A stretch of 64,000 bases of DNA from assembly GCA_963803975.1 (NCBI GenBank), contig CAWDOY010000003.1:32001-96000 (forward strand), given 5' to 3'. The position numbers and the translations under genes were made by a program. Shown here piece after piece: positions 50,102 to 61,919 of the stretch. The notes under the pieces were generated by a model. It did no database searches. It had not been told where the DNA came from and was given only the letters and a program-made list of their open reading frames with translations. The stretch comes from an uncultured delta proteobacterium. Lineage in GTDB: Bacteria; Desulfobacterota; WTBG01; CAIYCZ01. The first letter of the stretch is position 1. Each line of letters opens with the position of its first letter.

Positions 50102-51874
50102 TCGCCACCTCCTGAGTCGTGGGATTTTTTGTTTATATAGAGTTGCTGGGCAATAGACAGCACATTGTTGACGAGCCAGTACAGGACAAGTCCTGAGGGG
50201 AAGGAGAGAAACATAAAGGTGAAAATGACCGGCATCATGAGCATCATTTTTGCCTGGGCCGGGTCAGCGCTCGACGGCGTCATCTTCTGCTGGTAAAACA
50301 TGGATGCTCCCATGAGAATCGGTGAGATATAGGTCGGGTCAAGGGCTGAGAGGTCGTTGATCCAGAAGGAAATGAAGTTGGCATGCCGGAGCTCTATCGA
50401 GTTCTGCAGCACGTTGTAGAGCGCGATAAAAACAGGAATCTGCAGCAGGATCGGCAGGCACCCGCCGAGGGGATTGACATTGTATTTTTTATACAGCCCC
50501 ATTACCTCCCGGTTGAGCTCCTCCTTTTTGTCTTTATACTTTTCCTTGAGCTTTGCCATCTCCGGCTGCAGCTTCTGCATATCCTTCATCGACTGGTAGC
50601 TCTTATGGGTGAGCGGCCAGAAGAGGATTTTAATAATAACAGTGATGAGGATGATGGCAATTCCGTAGTTTCCGCAGAAGCGGTAGAAAAAGTCCAGGGC
50701 AATGAGCAGCGGCTTGGCAACAATGTCGAACCAGCCGAAATCAATGCACTTCTCAAGCTTCGAGCCCTGTTTGCTCAGGATACTGATTTCCTTTGGCCCC
50801 AGATACAGGGCGCAGGTGTAGGTCTTTGACTCACCCGGCTTCAGGGAGATGTTGGAAAACAGGAGCTGGTAGGCGAGGGCGTTCTCACTGGGCCTGCCCA
50901 CGTGCACCTGGTGCGGCAGCTCCTTCTGCGGCAGGATGGCGGAGATAAAATATTTATCTTCAAAGGAGGTCCAGAGGATTTCTCCCTCCAGGGTTTTGTC
51001 TGCCGTGATGTCCTTGAATTCTGTCTTCTCCACCTTGCCGTTGATGAAATAGGTGAACTTGGCAGGCGTGTCAGCTTCAGACGGCTGGCCGCTGAAAAAT
51101 CCGCCGCTGCTTTTACCGGCATGCGCGAGATAGGAATGGGTCCATTCAACAATGGCATTGCCGCTGATCAAGGCGCCGGTGGTGTTGGTGATTTTGATAT
51201 CAGCATCGATCCGGTAGTCATCCTCGCGGAACGCAAATGTTTTCTGAAACGAAAGACCGGAGCCGGGCCCAATGCTCTTGCCGGATAATGTTATTGTTCC
51301 CTGCGCCTTAGGAGTCTCAAGCGTGAGCGCTTCACGGTCAGATGTATACATAACCGCTTCAGCCTTTTCCCCTGAGGACCCGAGAAACGCGACGCGCAGC
51401 GGCAGGCGCTGACTTTCTGCCTGCGGAAGAAGCTCCATCCCCTGGGGTTTGCTCTCTGCAGCCGCAGGGGCCCCGTGACGAGATAAATTTTTTGACCCAT
51501 TTCATCACCGCAGGGGTTTCCACCCGGTTAAGATAGCGGTGGAGCCTGAAGCTTTTAAGCCCGGCCTCAAAATCTGAAAAAACCGCGGTAAACAGCGCGG
51601 TGGTCACGCTGATTTCTTTGGCAGTTTCCGCCCGGGGAGCGGGCTGCTGCGGCTGCTTTTCGCTGAGCGCCGCAAGGCTGGCGGGTTTCTGTGATTCTGC
51701 AGGGGAGGTTGTTGTCAATGCGGCCTGTCTGTTTTCCTCCTTGAGCTGTTCCTGCTTAACCGCCGGTCCTTTAGCTTTCACTTTAGACGGTGGCGGTGCA
51801 AAGAGATATTGATAGCTGATAAGTACAATAAAACTGAGCACCAGGGCCAGAATGAGTCGTTTTTCATTGTCCAT
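50056..51874 (-). CDS. yidC: Membrane protein insertase YidC (frameshift near 51475)
   Basis: MDNEKRLILA N-terminus; IDFGWF, GNYGIAII, GGCLPILLQIP and GLVLYWLVNN motifs. Confidence 0.95.
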
Positions 51875-51923
51875 TAAATTATTCTCCAAAGAGACGATAT
51901 GTTCTTTACCAGTAATTAGCTTT

Positions 51924-52081
51924 TAGCAGGCTGTTGAAAAACACCCATCTGCTTCGTTGCGCTCATCCTTCGTCATTGCGACGTACGGTACAGTACGCCT
52001 CATTCTTCTTGATTTCGCGCGCCTTCCATCTGGATGTTTTTAACCAGCCTGGGGAAAAACCACTTTTTAAACAACCTGTTA
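51924..52081. mobile_element. Non-autonomous MITE-like element with terminal inverted repeats
   Basis: TAGCAGGCTGTTGAAAAA...TTTTTAAACAACCTGTTA (15 of 18 paired), an internal copy TTTTTAACCAGCCTG and nested stems; no transposase ORF. Confidence 0.75.
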
Positions 52082-52312
52082 GATGGGGTCATAGCCCCCG
52101 GGATGAAACGGGTGGCACTTCAGCACCCTGCAACCAACCAGCCGGGTTGCTTTCAACAAACCATATTTTTCAAAGGCTTGGATTGCATAGGCGGAACACG
52201 AAGGCGTAAAGCGGCAGTGTGATCCGAGGACGGGCGATATCAGACGCTTATATAATCTCAGGATAGAGATTATAACCGTTTTTATAATATCATTAAAGCC
52301 GTAAAAACTCAA
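52079..52312 (-). CDS. yidD: Membrane protein insertion efficiency factor YidD
   Basis: [10 protein letters not shown] and [11 protein letters not shown] motifs. Confidence 0.93.
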   Translation of the reverse strand: MSFYGFNDIIKTVIISILRLYKRLISPVLGSHCRFTPSCSAYAIQAFEKYGLLKATRLVGCRVLKCHPFHPGGYDPI

Positions 52313-52359
52313 TTCAGCACCATGGTGAAGCTGTCACGGATTGCGGGTGAAGAAGGCAT

Positions 52360-52696
52360 TCAGGGTTCAAAGATACTATTCAGCTCCGCGCACAGGGTGT
52401 GGTACTTCAGCTCAGGGGATCCGGGTTTTGCAATAATGAGGATATCTGAAGACGCAGGAAGTGTTGGTTTATGGAGCCTGAAGTACTCGCGTAAAAGACG
52501 CTTCACATAGTTTCGTGCAACCGCATTGCCTATTGCTTTGCTTACCGTTACGCCCAGACGTTTCCATCCCAAATTATTTGGGCAGGTGAAAACAAGGAAA
52601 TGCTCGAGTGTCTGTTTTCTCCCCTCTCTGATAAATTGTTTTAAATTCAGAATGCTTGAGGATGCGCTCTTTTTTTGTAAAGGAGCAATCAGTCAT
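52360..52696 (-). CDS. rnpA: RNase P protein component (frameshift in GGGG near 52622)
   Basis: MTDCSFTKKERILKHSEFKTIYQRG joins RLGVTVSKAIGNAVARNYVKRLLRE once one G is removed. Confidence 0.93.
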
Positions 52697-52737
52697 GAAT
52701 ATGCGTAAGGGGTTTTATGGAGACGCAGCCGCTATTC

Positions 52738-52872
52738 TTACGCAGACAGCTTCTTCCGCCCCTTGTTTCTCCTCCGCTTCAAGACATTCTGTCCGGCTTT
52801 GGTACTCATGCGCTCAAGGAAGCCGTGAGTTCTTTTCCTTTTTAAGTTGCTTGGCTGGAATGTCCGTTTCAA
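52738..52872 (-). CDS. rpmH: 50S ribosomal protein L34
   Basis: TTG start; [44 protein letters not shown]; not in the ORF track. Confidence 0.97.
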   Translation of the reverse strand: MKRTFQPSNLKRKRTHGFLERMSTKAGQNVLKRRRNKGRKKLSA

Positions 52873-52986
52873 TGCACTATCTCCATTTCAATATTTAAAG
52901 GTTAATATAATTCTAAACCAGTATTACCGGTCTTTGTGAATGTAATCATATTAAAAACCATATTTAACTGTTTTTGTCAATGTTTT

Positions 52987-54157
52987 TCAGGATGTTTTAA
53001 TTTCCCGGGGTGCCCGGCTATTTTTAGCTTCCATAATAGTAATGAAAACAAAAATCAGGGAGGCGGCGGTCATGGGATAAAAAAGATAGTTCATACCGCA
53101 GAGCCGCGCCACCCATCCGGTGCAGACCGGCCCGGCAACCGACCCCACGCCGTAGAGAAAGCTGAAGGTGGAATTAGCGGTGCCCATCTGCTGCGGCGGA
53201 ATGAGATCCCCGATTAATGCAAGCGCTATGGGATAGAGCCCGCCGGCAACAACACCAACGCTGAAACAGAGAAAAAGAATAATAAAATAGTTTGCGGTAA
53301 TGGTAAAGGAGAAGGTGGTTGCTGCAAGAATTGCCCCCAGCACATAGAGGGAGGGAAGCTTGCCGAATCGGTCTGCGGCTTTACCGGCAGGAAACGGGGA
53401 GACAATGCCGCCGACGGCAAAGACCGTGAAGGCCATGCCTAAAGAAGCGCCCTTAAAACCCAGGTTGTCAAGGTAGAGAGAAAGGAAGCTGCCGATTGAT
53501 GCCTCCACCACAGCATAGCAGAGCCCGGCAAGGAGCGGGACCCGCAATATATTTAAGAATTCACGCAGCCTGATGTCAGTAGTCTTGATGGGTATGGGCA
53601 CATCGATATAGTACCTGAGCATAACGAGCAGACCGGCCAGGCTGAAGGCAGTGCCGAAAATAAACGGGACTGCGTGGTTATAGGCAAAAAGGTAGGTGCC
53701 GACACCAGGACCCAGGGCAAAGCCCACGGCAAACACCACGCCATAGAGCCCCATGTTCGAAGACCTGCGCTCAGGCGTTGAAAGCACATTGATGGCCGAT
53801 TCAGTGGGCGCGAAGAGGCACGCGGTGCCCACTCCCTGGAATATCCTGATAAGGTAAAAATACCAGGCACTGTTGGCGAATATCATGGCAAAGACACACA
53901 GGGCATAGATGAGAAGCCCGGAGAGGATGATTTTCTTTGAGCCCAGCCTTATCGACCATCTTTCCCATGAGCGGGGTGAACAGGGTAAAGGAGAGAAAGT
54001 AGACCGAGGCAATCTGGCCGATGGTTGCGGCAGAGGCGCCGGTATCGCGGATGATGAGGGGAATGAGGGGCGCGACAAAGCTCATGCCGAAGGCAAGGAG
54101 AAGCACGGTAAAGAGGATGGGCAGAAGGCCGGTATCAAGGTCGTCTATAAATTTCAA
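52987..54157 (-). CDS. MFS transporter (frameshift near 53955)
   Basis: GKMVDK/LGSKK motif A, RIFQGVG and GKAADRFG; 12-TM pattern over two frames. Confidence 0.85.
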
Positions 54158-54222
54158 TAGTTCACCGCAAAAGAAAGAATGATTCACCGCAGAGATTTAA
54201 TAAAATAACCAAAAGCAGATTA

Positions 54223-54300
54223 AGCCACAGAACTTCACAGAAATCACTGAAGTTTATAAACGATGAAAGTTTCTGTGCTATTCAGTGGATTCTGTGGCTA
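54223..54300. terminator. Hairpin/REP-like palindrome between the AGCS and MFS genes
   Basis: AGCCACAGAA...TTCTGTGGCT arms; a related AGCCACAGAATCCACAGAG occurs near 12404. Confidence 0.5.
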
Positions 54301-54315
54301 AACTAAAATAAGCTA

Positions 54316-55645
54316 TTACAATTTATTATCCCATAAATATTTCCGCGTCTCAGAGACAATCACGCTGTTCAGTGCAAGCAGCGATATCAGATTCGGTACT
54401 GCCATCAGGCCGTTGGCAATGTCTGCAAAGCACCAGACGCAGGGAAGGGACGCAACCGAGCCGACCATGACAAACACCACCCACAGCACGCGGTAGGGAA
54501 AAATCGATCTCTTCCCCAGCAAATATTCACAGGCCTTCTCGCCGTAGTATGACCAGCCAAGAATGGTTGAAAAGACAAAGGTCAGAAGCCCGACCGTCAG
54601 CACCATTGGCCCGACACACGGGAAGGTCGGCAAAAGCAGCTTTGGTGAGAGACGCGCCGTTCAGCCCTTTGGTCCACGCTCCGGAATTGACCACCACCAG
54701 CCCGGTCATGGCACACACCACCACCGTGTCCCAGAAGGTGCCGGTGGAGGAGACCAGGGCCTGGCGCACCGGGTTGGTGGTCTGCGCGGCAGCAGCCACA
54801 ATGGGCGCGCTTCCGAGGCCTGATTCATTGGAGAAGAGGCCGCGGGCAACGCCGTAGCGCATCGCTTCCCTCATGCCCGCGCCGATGAATCCGCCGACTG
54901 CCGCAGTGCCGGTAAACGCAGTATTAAAAATCAGCATGCATGTTTCGGGAATGGTGCCTGCCCGCATAAACAGTATGATGGCGCAGCCGAGCACATAAAA
55001 CACCGCCATGAACGGGACCAGCTTTTCGCACACATTGGCAATGGATTTAATGCCGCCGAGGATGACAACAGCGGTCAGCACGGTCATGACGGCGCCGGAA
55101 ATCCATGGCGAGATATGCATTGTTTCATTGACGAGGGATGAAATGGAATTTGCCTGCACCATGTTGCCGATGCCGAACGCGGCAACGGCCGTAAGCGCGG
55201 CAAAGACCATACCCAGCCATTTCCAGTGCAGGCCGTGTTCCAGCACATACATGGGCCCGCCGGCCATGGTGCCGTCCTGCGTGGTCACCCGGTACTTTAC
55301 CGAGAGCAAAGCTTCGGCGTACTTGGTGGCGATGCCGAAAACGCCGGTGAGCCACATCCAGAGCACTGCCCCCGGCCCGCCCGCGGCCACCGCGGTGGCC
55401 ACGCCGACAATGTTTCCCGTGCCGATGGTAGCCGCCAGCGCAGTGGTAAGAGCGCCGAAGTGGCTGACATCGCCTGCGCCTTCACTGGTGCGCTTGAATG
55501 ACAGCTTGATCGCCGTCCAGAGGTAGCGCTGGATCAGCTTCAGCCTGAAGGTAAGGAAAATATGGGTGCCGCAAAGAAGGATGAGCAGCGGGGCGCCCCA
55601 CACATAGGAGCTGACCAGGTCAAGGAATTTTTCAAGGGCCGGCAT
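54316..55645 (-). CDS. Alanine/glycine:cation symporter (AGCS family; frameshift near 54630)
   Basis: ATIGTGNIVGVA, GGPGAVLWMW, RGLFSNESGLGS and STILGWSYYGEK motifs. Confidence 0.92.
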
Positions 55646-55661
55646 GTGTACCTGTTATAAA

Positions 55662-56265
55662 TCAAGTTGTTTGATGATGTATCGTGCTGAATTGAGCGGA
55701 GCTGCTGAAAAATGAGTGCACATGCACATCAGCACAATGGGGATATTCAAAAGGGTAGGTTATACCCGGCTGCGGAAATTTCTCTTTTTTGAACGGGTTT
55801 AAAAAATCCCGTATCGCCCGCAGATAGAGAAATGAGCCGCGCTCATGCTTTACGCCGCTTAATGAGCGCCAGGTGTCCCTGCAGATGGACACGAGAAGCG
55901 GGCAGGTGACGTGAATTATTTTAAGATGGGGAACTGTTTCCTTGAGCATGGTGCGTATGGCTTCCAAACTCAGGCCGCTGTCTATCACCAGCGTGAAACC
56001 CTCTCCGAGCAGGTGCTTAAATTCGTGTCGCCGCATTTTCATAGATGATACTTTTTATCTTCTTATCTTTTGCAAACGGGTCTGCGCCTGCCGGGGCAAG
56101 AGTTTTTCGCAGTTCATCAAAACGTATCAGCCTCGTATTAAAGCCGCGCTCGATGAGCAGCTGCGTGAGTACTGAAGCGAGGCTGCTTTTTCCGGTGCCG
56201 CCTTTGCCCAGAATCAATATGGCAATCGGGCTTTTCTGCTGCGTGTCTTTAAACAGTTCTGCCAT
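55662..56265 (-). CDS. P-loop kinase, adenylyl-sulfate-kinase-like (frameshift near 56020)
   Basis: GKGGTGKS, DELRK, HVTCPL and PGITYPFEYP motifs. Confidence 0.65.
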
Positions 56266-56274
56266 GGCTGTTAC

Positions 56275-56783
56275 TTATTCGCCGCTTTCCAGGCGCTGAT
56301 AAACCGGTCCGACATCATCCTTCACAAATGCCCGCAGCTCTCGCAATTTCATTGCACCCACGGTGCCGCCGCTGCTTATTTTCCATGTTGCCGCTGACTG
56401 CTTTACGCCGGGTTTACGGATGAGCGCAACCATCTGCTTAAGCTCAAGAGTTATGTGATAGGCATACAGTTCAGCCTCCTTGAAGGTAAATATATTCACG
56501 TAGAGATAGGGTATGCCCGGCGCTTTTACCAGCTCCTCTTCAGCAGCACTGTGATGCCGCCAGCGCGCAGTTTCTGTTCCACATCAGCCTGAATCAGCTG
56601 CGTGCTGAATCCTTCCTGCACTGCATCCGGCGCCAGGTCCTCCACTATGACACCAACTCCCTTGATAGCAACAGTGATGCGCGTGACTGCTTATCACTTT
56701 CTTTGGCCACGCCGGATGAAAGAGAGGCAAACGATGCACACAATCACCGCGACATGCTACTGCTGCACATTTGATTTATTCAT
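56275..56783 (-). CDS. Hypothetical secreted protein, multiply frameshifted
   Basis: AGGAG RBS and ATG 56783. Segments KGVGVIVEDLAPDA...DVEQKLR, EEELVKAPGIPYLYVN and ATW fall in different frames. Confidence 0.5.
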
Positions 56784-57024
56784 GACACGATCTCCTTTCC
56801 GTAAGCAATAAGTTTTAAAATCTATAGAATCTGCGCCGTATAGTCAAAGCTATTTTTAATGGCCGGCACATTTAACGGCACTTTTATCATGTGTCGTAAC
56901 AAGTTGCTAAAAAATAGTGTACATAGTATACTTAAAAAGATATATTGCAACCGCTTTAAATTAACCGGAATTACCACGTTACATGAAGCTCTTCCTTAAT
57001 GTTTCTCACGAAGGGATTAGGAGC

Positions 57025-58249
57025 GTGAATAAGAAAATTATATATTGGCGCGGCGCTGCTGGTAATCATCGTGATTGCGATAGCATACAGTTTCAGGAAA
57101 GAATCCACAGCAGGATAAATACGAGACAGCAATTATTGACCGCGGTGACATTATCGAAAAAATTACTGCCACGGGCACTATAAACCCGGTGAACAGCGTC
57201 AAGGTCGGGAGCCAGGTTTCAGGAAGAATTATTAAAATAATGGCCGACTTTAACGCGCAGGTGAAGAAGGGGCAGGTCGTTGCCCAGCTGGAGACCGATA
57301 TTTATCAGTCAAAGGTCGAGCAGGCTGATGCAAATTACAAGATGTCCCAGGCACAGGCCAGGGAGGCAAAAGCAGCGATGCTTGATGCCGAGAGCAACCT
57401 GCGGCGGGCTAAAAAGCTGCGGCAGGACAAGGTGCTGTCAGAGCGGGACTTGGAGATAGCGGAAACAAAATATGATTCGGCCAAAGCATCCTATGGCGCC
57501 GCACTTGCCCGGGAAGAGCAGTCCAATGCGCTTATGAACACGGCGCAGCTTGACCTGCAGCATACGACGATTTACTCGCCGGTGGACGGCATTGTGATAT
57601 CGCGCAACTGCGATGTGGGCCAGACCGTGGTCGCAACATTTCAGACACCGGATCTTTTTTTGATAGCAGAAGACCTCACCAAGATGCGTGTTGACGCGTA
57701 TGTGGATGAGGCGGATATCGGCAAGGCCAAAGTAGGGCAGGAGGTGGAGTTTACCGTTGATGCCTATCCGGACAAGATATTCAAGGGTACCATTTCCCAG
57801 GTGCGGTTTGCGCCCAAGGAACTGCAGAATGTGGTTTCCTATGCTACGCTGATAGAGGTGCCGAATCCCGACCTGATGCTCAGGCCGGGAATGACCGCGT
57901 CAATTTCCATTATTGCCGAGCACAAGAAGAATGTTCTGCGGGTCGCCAATGCCGCGCTCAGGTTCAAGCCTGACCCTGAAGACAAGGAGCTGGCAAAAAA
58001 CGAAAACCGCAGCCGGCATTGAAGCAGCTGAAGACGAAGAGCAATGAAAGGCACTGCACCGGGTGTGGGTGCTTGATACAGACGGCAGGGTGCGCACGGA
58101 GAAGATAAAAACCGGCATTTATGATACGCGCTATGCGGAAATAACCGAGGGCGATATCGAAGAGGGGCAGACAGGTGATTATCGGATATCAGCCCCAGTG
58201 GCGGCAGCAGGACTCATCCAAATCCATGTTCAAGTTCGGGCCACGATAA
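57025..58249 (+). CDS. MacA-like periplasmic adaptor (several frameshifts)
   Basis: ATGTINPVNSVKVGSQVSG, IYSPVDG, VDEADIG and LRPGMTA motifs; AGGAG RBS and GTG 57025. Confidence 0.85.
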
Positions 58250-58264
58250 AAGAGACAGCCTGCC

Positions 58265-58949
58265 GTGAACAATTTTATTCGCGCTGAAGAGCTTCATAAA
58301 ATATACAGTCTGGATGGACAGGCTGAGGTCTATGCCCTGCGGGGGGTATCGCTGCAGGTGTCTCAGGGAGAATTTGTCGCCATCATGGGGCCCTCCGGGT
58401 CAGGGAAATCAACCTTTATGAACCTGCTGGGCTGCCTTGATACGCCGACCAGGGGAACGCTCTCTATTGAGGGCATAGAAGTATCATCGCTCACGCCCAA
58501 CCAGCTCGCGGAAATCCGCAACAAAAAAATCGGCTTTGTGTTTCCAGAATTTCAACCTGCTGCCGCGCACCAGCGCCCTGGAAAATGTGGAGCTGCCCCT
58601 TATATACAACCGGGTCCCCGCTGCGCAGCGCCGCCAGCGCTCCGCTCAAGCGCTGGAGCGGGTGGGCCTGAAAGAGCGGATGAAGAACCTGTCCAACCAG
58701 CTCTCCGGCGGGGAGCAGCAGCGGGTTGCCATCGCCCGCGCCATGGTCAACAACCCGTCGCTGATACTGGCGGATGAGCCCACCGGCAACCTTGACACCA
58801 CAACCAGTATTGAGATTATGAATATCGTGAAGGAGCTGAACGAGGCAAGCGGCATGACCATAATACTGGTTACCCATGAGCAGGACATCGCACACTATGC
58901 AAAACGCCAGGTGCATTTTCGCGACGGTAAAATTATACGTGACGAATGA
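58265..58949 (+). CDS. ABC ATP-binding protein, MacB/LolD type (frameshift near 58545)
   Basis: [22 protein letters not shown] and [10 protein letters not shown] motifs. Confidence 0.92.
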
Positions 58950-58955
58950 GGTGCT

Positions 58956-60174
58956 ATGGAACTGTTTTTCCACCATCCGGGTAGCGCTCCGGGCAATCAT
59001 GAGAAACAAGCTCCGCTCTCTGCTGACCGTGCTGGGGGTGGTGATCGGCGTGTGCGCGGTTATCACCATGGTCAATATCGGCAGCGGCGCGCAGATATCC
59101 ATTGAAAAGGCGATCAGCGGCCTCGGCACCAACATGCTCATTGTCATCCCCGGCAGCATGACCAAGGGCGGAATGCGCACCGGGTTCGGGACCGTGACCA
59201 CGCTGATTGATGAAGATGCCCAGGCAATCCGCGATGAGTGCCCCACCGTGCAGCTCGTGAGCCCGGTGGTGAGCACAGCGGCCCAGGTGGTGTTTCAGAA
59301 CCAGAACTGGGGCACCTCGATTATGGGCACTGACCCGGAATTCCAGCGCATCAAAAACTGGCCGCTGGCGCGGGGTGAGTTTTTCACCATGCAGGATGTC
59401 AAGGCATCTACCAAGGTGTGCGTGCTGGGCAAATCGGTGGCGGAAAAACTGTTCGGCACGCAGAACCCGGTGGGCCAGATTGTCAGGGTGAAGCGCATCC
59501 CGTTCCGGGTGATCGGCCTGCTTACGGAAAAAGGACAGACCACGTTCGGCCAGGACCAGGACGACACGGTGGTCATTCCCTACACCACCGCGCAGAAGCG
59601 GCTGATGGGCATTACCTACCTGTCCATGATTATGGCCTCAGCGGTCTCCAATGAGCGCATCCCCGACGCCCAGGACCAGATTACCACGCTGCTGCGGCAG
59701 CGGCACCATATACCCAAAGGCGAGGATGACGACTTCACGGTGCGAAATCTTGCCGACCTTACCGCCACGTTTACCATTATTACCGGGATACTGACGCTGC
59801 TGCTCGGCAGCATTGCATCAATTTCGCTCGTGGTCGGCGGCATCGGTATTATGAATATCATGCTGGTGTCAGTTACCGAGCGCACCAGAGAAATTGGCAT
59901 CCGCATGTCAGTGGGCGCAAAGCCGGGCGACATCCTGCTGCAGTTTCTGCTGGAGGCAGTTCTGCTGAGCCTCATCGGCGGCGGCGTGGGCATAGTGCTG
60001 GGAATCGGGCTGACCGCAATTATTGCCTATTTTGCCGACTGGCCGACGCCGATATCATTTGTTGCAATCCTGGTGTCATCACTTTTTGCTGCCGGCGTGG
60101 GAATTTTTTTCGGCCTCTATCCGGCGCGCAAGGCTTCGCGCATGAACCCGATTGAGGCGCTGAGGTATGAATAA
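58956..60174 (+). CDS. MacB-type ABC permease (frameshift in T run near 58965)
   Basis: NKLRSLLTVLG, GGIGIMNIMLVSVTERTREIG and PIEALRYE motifs. Confidence 0.92.
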
Positions 60175-60295
60175 ATAGGTGAATCGGTGAATGGGTGAAG
60201 AGGTCAAGGGTGAAGTCGAGCTTTAACCCCTCACCACTATTCACTGAACTCCCTAACCCACGAATCCCTAATCCCGAGTTATTGGAGGTAAAGAT

Positions 60296-61753
60296 ATGCT
60301 GAAAGTACTGTTTGCTTCATCTGAGGTTGTGCCGTTTGCAAAGACCGGCGGTCTTGCCGATGTTGCCGGCTCGCTGCCGATAGCCCTGAAAGCACTGGGG
60401 TGTGATGTGCGGGTAATCATGCCGTTTTATAAAATGGTTGAGCAGGCGGCAAAAGAGAGAAAGCTCATAGCGGAAAATATCGAGATCCCGGTAGGTGATA
60501 AAATCTACGCGGGAGACATCTGGGAGACGTCGCTGGGCGCGTCAATCCCCGTGTACCTGGTCAAGTGCGATGAGTTTTTTGACCGCAGCAGCCTCTACGG
60601 CACGGCCAAAGGTGATTACCGGGATAATGCCGAGCGCTTTATTTTCTTTTCCCGCTGCGCGCTTGAATTCTGCATCCATGCTGACTTTGCCCCTGATGTA
60701 ATTCACTGCCATGACTGGCAGGCCGGGCTCATACCGGCATACCTGAAAACCCTGTACAGCATGGAGGGCCAGTTTCTGCGTACCGGCACGGTGTTCACCA
60801 TTCATAACATAGCTTATCAGGGGCTGTTTCAAGCGGAGGTATTCAGGCTCACCGGCCTGCCTGAGAGACTCTTCACCATTGACGGACTTGAGTACTGGGG
60901 ACAGATGAGTATCATGAAGTCAGCGCTCATGTTCTCTGACATCATAAACACCGTTAGCAAAAAATACAGCCAGGAAATTCAGACTCCGGAATACGGTTAC
61001 GGGATGGAAGGCATACTCACAAAGCGCACCAGCGACCTCTACGGCATTTTAAACGGCGTTGATTACACAGAGTGGAGCCCGGAGGCAGACACCTATACAG
61101 CAGCTCCTTACAGCGCACAGGATTTGTCGGGAAAACAGGCCTGCAAGAAAGACCTCCTGAAAGAATACGGGCTTCCGGACAGCCTGGGCACAAAGCCGCT
61201 TTTGGGCGTAATATCACGGCTTGCAGACCAGAAGGGTTTTGATCTTCTATCTGACATCATGGATGAGCTCATGGCCATGGACCTTGGCTTTGTGCTGCTG
61301 GGCAATGGCGAGCAGAAATATCATGACCTGTTTGAACGCATCGCCCGGCAGTATCCAAAAAAAGCCGGCATCAAGATTGCCTATAATAACAGCCTGGCAC
61401 ATAAAATTGAGGCAGGCTGTGATATGTTTCTCATGCCGTCGCGCTATGAGCCGTGCGGCCTGAATCAGATCTACAGCCTGAAATATGCAACGGTTCCCAT
61501 TGTCAGGGCAACCGGAGGGCTCGATGATACCATCAGTGATTATAGTGAAGCTGCCGTCACGGGTAACGGATTTAAATTCAGTGACTACAACTCGCGTGAG
61601 TTCCTGCGCACCATAAAGCGGGCGCTCAAAGTGTTTGAAAACAAAAAGGCCTGGCACAAGCTTATGCAGAACTGCATGTCATATGACTTCTCGTGGAAGC
61701 AGTCGGCAGAGCAGTATGTGGAGCTGTATAAGAAAGCGATAGCGAAAAGGTAA
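60296..61753 (+). CDS. glgA: Glycogen synthase
   Basis: KTGGLADV, HCHDWQ, ISRLADQKG and PSRYEPCGL motifs. Confidence 0.96.
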   Translation: MLKVLFASSEVVPFAKTGGLADVAGSLPIALKALGCDVRVIMPFYKMVEQAAKERKLIAENIEIPVGDKIYAGDIWETSLGASIPVYLVKCDEFFDRSSLYGTAKGDYRDNAERFIFFSRCALEFCIHADFAPDVIHCHDWQAGLIPAYLKTLYSMEGQFLRTGTVFTIHNIAYQGLFQAEVFRLTGLPERLFTIDGLEYWGQMSIMKSALMFSDIINTVSKKYSQEIQTPEYGYGMEGILTKRTSDLYGILNGVDYTEWSPEADTYTAAPYSAQDLSGKQACKKDLLKEYGLPDSLGTKPLLGVISRLADQKGFDLLSDIMDELMAMDLGFVLLGNGEQKYHDLFERIARQYPKKAGIKIAYNNSLAHKIEAGCDMFLMPSRYEPCGLNQIYSLKYATVPIVRATGGLDDTISDYSEAAVTGNGFKFSDYNSREFLRTIKRALKVFENKKAWHKLMQNCMSYDFSWKQSAEQYVELYKKAIAKR

Positions 61754-61919
61754 AAAAGGTGAAGAGGTTAAGAGGTGAAGAGGCGCAAAGAAAAGTGCTG
61801 AGTAACGAGTGCTGAGTGATGAGTGATGAATTCAAGTCACGGGTCACTGGCCACGAGTCACGCGATAAGATTTGATGAGCATGTATATAGCATACTAATC
61901 TGGATAATGAGATAAAGCA

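Noticed and set aside
50056..52696. Programmed frameshifting or true pseudogenes in yidC and rnpA
   Set aside because: Both genes are essential, there is no shared slippery-site pattern, and indels hit unrelated genes; sequencing error is more likely.
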